Origin: an uncultured Actinomycetes bacterium
GTDB taxonomy: Bacteria; Actinomycetota; Actinomycetes; Streptosporangiales; Streptosporangiaceae
NCBI GenBank assembly: GCA_963707065.1
Contig: CAVPPJ010000006.1
Span: 5,930 to 29,929 of the forward strand
Reading direction: 5' to 3'
Length of the DNA: 24,000 nucleotides
Below, piece by piece: positions 21,577 to 24,000 of this stretch. The position numbers and the translations under genes are program-made. A model generated the notes under the pieces. That model saw only the letters and a list, made by a program, of their open reading frames with translations, was not told the origin of the DNA and did no database searches. Positions within the stretch are counted from its first letter, which is position 1; the number at the start of each line of letters is the position of its first letter.

Positions 21577-21640
21577 AGGAACACGCTTACTACTCGCAAG
21601 ACGCAAGGGAACTACTACCCGCAAGATGAAGGGAAACGTC

Positions 21641-22423
21641 ATGCCAGCACGCACTTCCTACCTGCAGGGGACGCCGAACTGGGTGGACCTGCAGACCACC
21701 GACACCAGCGCCGCGAAGGCGTTCTACGGCGGCCTCCTCGGCTGGACCTTTGAGGACTCGCCGATGCCGGATGGCCAGGTCTACTCCATGGCGAAGGTCG
21801 GCGATGCGCACGTCGCCGCGATCGCCCCGCAGCCGCCGCAGGCGGCGTCCGCGGGCATGCCGCCGATGTGGAACACCTACCTCGCCGTCGACTCCGCTGA
21901 CGACGCGGTCACGAAGGTCGAGGCGGCCGGCGGCCAGGTCGCGATGGCGCCGTTCGACATCATGGACGCGGGCCGGATGGCCTTCGTGATTGACCCCAGC
22001 GGTGCCCCCGTCGCGTTCTGGCAGGCCAACCAGCACATCGGGGCCGACCTGGTGAACGAGCCCGGCGCCGTCATGTGGAACGAGCTGATCACCGATGACC
22101 CGGCGGCCGCCGCCTTCTACGAACGCGTCCTCGGCGTGACCACGTCCAAGATGGGCGACCCCGCGTTCGGCGATTACACGCTGTTCCTGGTCAACGGCGA
22201 GATGGTGGGCGGCACCGTCGCGCCGCAGATGCCGGGCGTGCCCAACCACTGGCACGTGTACTTCGCCGTGGCCGGCGCGGATGCCACCGTGGCCAAGGCA
22301 GCCGAGCTTGGCGGCTCGGTGCTGGCCGAGCCGTTCGACACCCCGGTCGGCCGGATGGCGGTCATCAGCGACCCGCAGGGCGCCACGTTCAGCATCCTCC
22401 AGCCGGCCCAGCAGTCCGCCTAG
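21641..22423 (+). CDS. Two-domain VOC family (glyoxalase-fold) protein
   Basis: I prefer ATG 21641 ([19 protein letters not shown]...) because GAAGGGA lies upstream. An alternative ATG lies at 21626. It has two tandem VOC modules ([10 protein letters not shown]..., [10 protein letters not shown]...), each ending in a ...FDxxxGRMAxxxDPxGAxF-type strand. Confidence 0.85.
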   Translation: MPARTSYLQGTPNWVDLQTTDTSAAKAFYGGLLGWTFEDSPMPDGQVYSMAKVGDAHVAAIAPQPPQAASAGMPPMWNTYLAVDSADDAVTKVEAAGGQVAMAPFDIMDAGRMAFVIDPSGAPVAFWQANQHIGADLVNEPGAVMWNELITDDPAAAAFYERVLGVTTSKMGDPAFGDYTLFLVNGEMVGGTVAPQMPGVPNHWHVYFAVAGADATVAKAAELGGSVLAEPFDTPVGRMAVISDPQGATFSILQPAQQSA

Positions 22424-22482
22424 CTCACCGGCTGCCAAGCAGGCCTCCGCCAGGCAGGCCGGAACACGTCAGGAGCGAGCGA

Positions 22483-22851
22483 ATGGAAATGCCCAAGCCC
22501 AGCGAGGAAGACAAGCAGTACTTCCGGTCGCTGATCCCCGACGACCCGGCCGTCGAGGTCAAGCCGATGTTCGGCAACCTCGGCGCATTCGTGCACGGGA
22601 ACATGTTCGCCGGACTGTTCGGGCCCGCCGTGGGCGTCCGGCTCGACGACGCGGCGCGGGCTGAGCTGGCGGCGATCGACGGGTCCGGCCCGTTCGGGCC
22701 CGCCGAACGCCCGATGGGCGGATACACCAGCCTGCCGGAGGCCTGGCGGGCCACGCCCGATGTCGCCGCCGGATGGGTCGACCGGTCCCTCTCCCACATC
22801 AGATCGCTGCCCCCGAAAGTGAAAAAACTGAAGACAGCCAAGAAGCAGTAA
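22483..22851 (+). CDS. TfoX/Sxy N-terminal domain family protein
   Basis: AGGAG lies 8 nt upstream of the ATG. KPMFGNLGAFVHGNMFAGLFGPAVGVRL matches the TfoX_N core (MFGG.G.FVNGNMFAG). The C-terminal tail is Lys-rich. Confidence 0.75.
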   Translation: MEMPKPSEEDKQYFRSLIPDDPAVEVKPMFGNLGAFVHGNMFAGLFGPAVGVRLDDAARAELAAIDGSGPFGPAERPMGGYTSLPEAWRATPDVAAGWVDRSLSHIRSLPPKVKKLKTAKKQ

Positions 22852-22965
22852 CGGGGCACTCGCGGCTGGCCGCCGCGGCAACCGCGAGCCCTGCCCCCGG
22901 GTGTCGCTTGCCGTCAGATCACCGTAATCTGCGATCAAGACCTGCAGCCAGACGGGAGATCATGC

Positions 22966-24000
22966 GTGAGCGCACCGATGGTGACCCGCCCGACCGGTTC
23001 CAGCCTGCAGCGGCTGGCCGAGGAGTCGTGGGAACGGGTGGCGGCAGGCTCGGTGCTGCACTACGAGGGCGCGCAATGGACCGGCACGGAGCTCGCCGAG
23101 CGGATCCGCCGGGTGAGCGGCGGGCTGCGCGAGGCCGGGCTGCGCGAGGGCGAGCGGATCGTGGTCTGCATGGCCAACTGCCCGGAGGTCGGCATCACCT
23201 ACCAGGCGGCATGGCGCGCGGGCGCGGTCGCGACCCCGGTGCTGTTCTTGCTGAGCGAGACCGAACTGCGGCATGTGCTGACGGACAGCGGCGCGACTTT
23301 CGTGGTCACCACGCCGGAGTTCCTGCCCAAGGTCACCGCGGCAGCGGCTGGCGTCGGCGGCGTCCGCGGCATCATCGTCTGCGGTGAGCCGCCGGCCGAG
23401 GACGGCGGCCGGGAGCTGCTTCGTTTCAGCCAATTGGAGGCCAGCGAAGCGGCCGGCCTGGTTGACGCTGATCCCGCCGCGCTGGCGGCGCTGCTCTACA
23501 CCGGCGGCACGACCGGCCGGTCCAAGGGCGTGATGATCAGCCATGATGCGCTGTCCTCGGCATCCTGGGCGGCGACATCGACCTCGCACGGCGAGTCGCT
23601 GCGGTCCGCGCTGCTGCCGCTGCCGCTGTCCCATGTCTACGGGCTGATGGTGAGCGTGATGGCGCTGCACTCCCCCGACCCGGGCAGCACGGTGCTGATG
23701 CGCTGGTTCGACCCCGCCGGGTGGCTCAGGCTCGCCGCTGATCACCGGGTCAACATCAGCCCGCTGGTGCCTTCGATGCTGCAGATGCTGCTGCAGCAGC
23801 CGCTGGAGGACTACGACCTGTCCGCGCTGATGCGCCTCACCAGCGGCGCCGCGCCGCTGCCGCGCCAGGTCGCTGACGAATTCGGCCGGCGGCTGCCCGG
23901 GGTGGAGATCGCCGAGGGCTACGGCTGCACCGAGACCGCCGCCATCATCGCCACGTCGCCGCTCGGGCAGGCCCGGCCGGGCAGCGTCGGCCGGCCGGCC
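22966..24000 (+). CDS. AMP-dependent synthetase/ligase (acyl-CoA synthetase family), 5' part; continues beyond the window
   Basis: This gene is not in the ORF track because it has no stop within the window. Reading from GTG 22966 (GGGAGA upstream; an in-frame ATG lies at 22978) the frame stays open to base 24000. It contains the AMP-binding signature LLYTGGTTGRSKGVMISH and the EGYGCTETA motif. The antisense ORF 22960..23745 is its shadow. Confidence 0.9.
   Translation, partial: MSAPMVTRPTGSSLQRLAEESWERVAAGSVLHYEGAQWTGTELAERIRRVSGGLREAGLREGERIVVCMANCPEVGITYQAAWRAGAVATPVLFLLSETELRHVLTDSGATFVVTTPEFLPKVTAAAAGVGGVRGIIVCGEPPAEDGGRELLRFSQLEASEAAGLVDADPAALAALLYTGGTTGRSKGVMISHDALSSASWAATSTSHGESLRSALLPLPLSHVYGLMVSVMALHSPDPGSTVLMRWFDPAGWLRLAADHRVNISPLVPSMLQMLLQQPLEDYDLSALMRLTSGAAPLPRQVADEFGRRLPGVEIAEGYGCTETAAIIATSPLGQARPGSVGRPA

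Noticed and set aside
1-24000. Searched for CRISPR arrays, tRNA/rRNA genes, IS elements/transposases, integrases, toxin-antitoxin pairs and known defence systems.
   Set aside because: I saw no regularly spaced repeats and no cloverleaf-compatible segments. No DDE, tyrosine-recombinase or serine-recombinase motifs appear in any frame, and no terminal inverted repeats flank a gene.

Overview
This is a very GC-rich window with strongly G/C-biased third codon positions, typical of an actinobacterial chromosome. I cannot place it more precisely from sequence alone. I call about 28 protein-coding genes, densely packed on both strands. They are mostly small regulators, membrane transporters and small-molecule or stress proteins.

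Genes in order:
- MFS transporter 3' fragment
- LAL/MalT-type LuxR regulator, split by a frameshift
- small conserved protein plus a DUF4386 membrane protein
- GPH-like MFS transporter
- a decayed stretch holding an ICMT-like pseudogene fragment and an orphan zinc-ribbon membrane protein
- LysM/transglycosylase-like wall protein with a structured leader
- DUF899 and DUF2182
- ArsR plus SRPBCC pair
- ECF sigma factor plus a large membrane partner
- MerR-VOC fusion divergent from a DUF318/ArsP-type permease
- minimal K+ channel
- UPF0016/GDT1 cation transporter
- small membrane protein
- YiiX/C92-like papain-fold protein
- mycothiol-type maleylpyruvate-isomerase-family (DinB-fold) protein
- D-2-hydroxyacid dehydrogenase
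- second ArsR plus an SRPBCC-TIGR03086 fusion
- two-domain VOC protein
- TfoX-N protein
- 5' part of an AMP-dependent acyl-CoA synthetase, which runs off the window and is absent from the ORF track

I found no rRNA, tRNA, CRISPR array, transposase, integrase or recognisable defence or biosynthetic cluster. I cannot support a claim of a new multi-gene system.

The best leads are local:
- a leader-ORF plus hairpin upstream of the wall hydrolase
- an SDR N-terminus fused in frame to DUF2182
- an orphan zinc-ribbon gene with an internal 51-bp duplication, the only in-frame TTA codon I found, and an in-frame TGA followed by coding-like sequence
- several AT-rich palindromic operators and apparently leaderless promoters
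- short tandem repeats spawned from a gene's 3' end

Many long ORFs in the track are antisense or out-of-frame shadows of real genes and were rejected.
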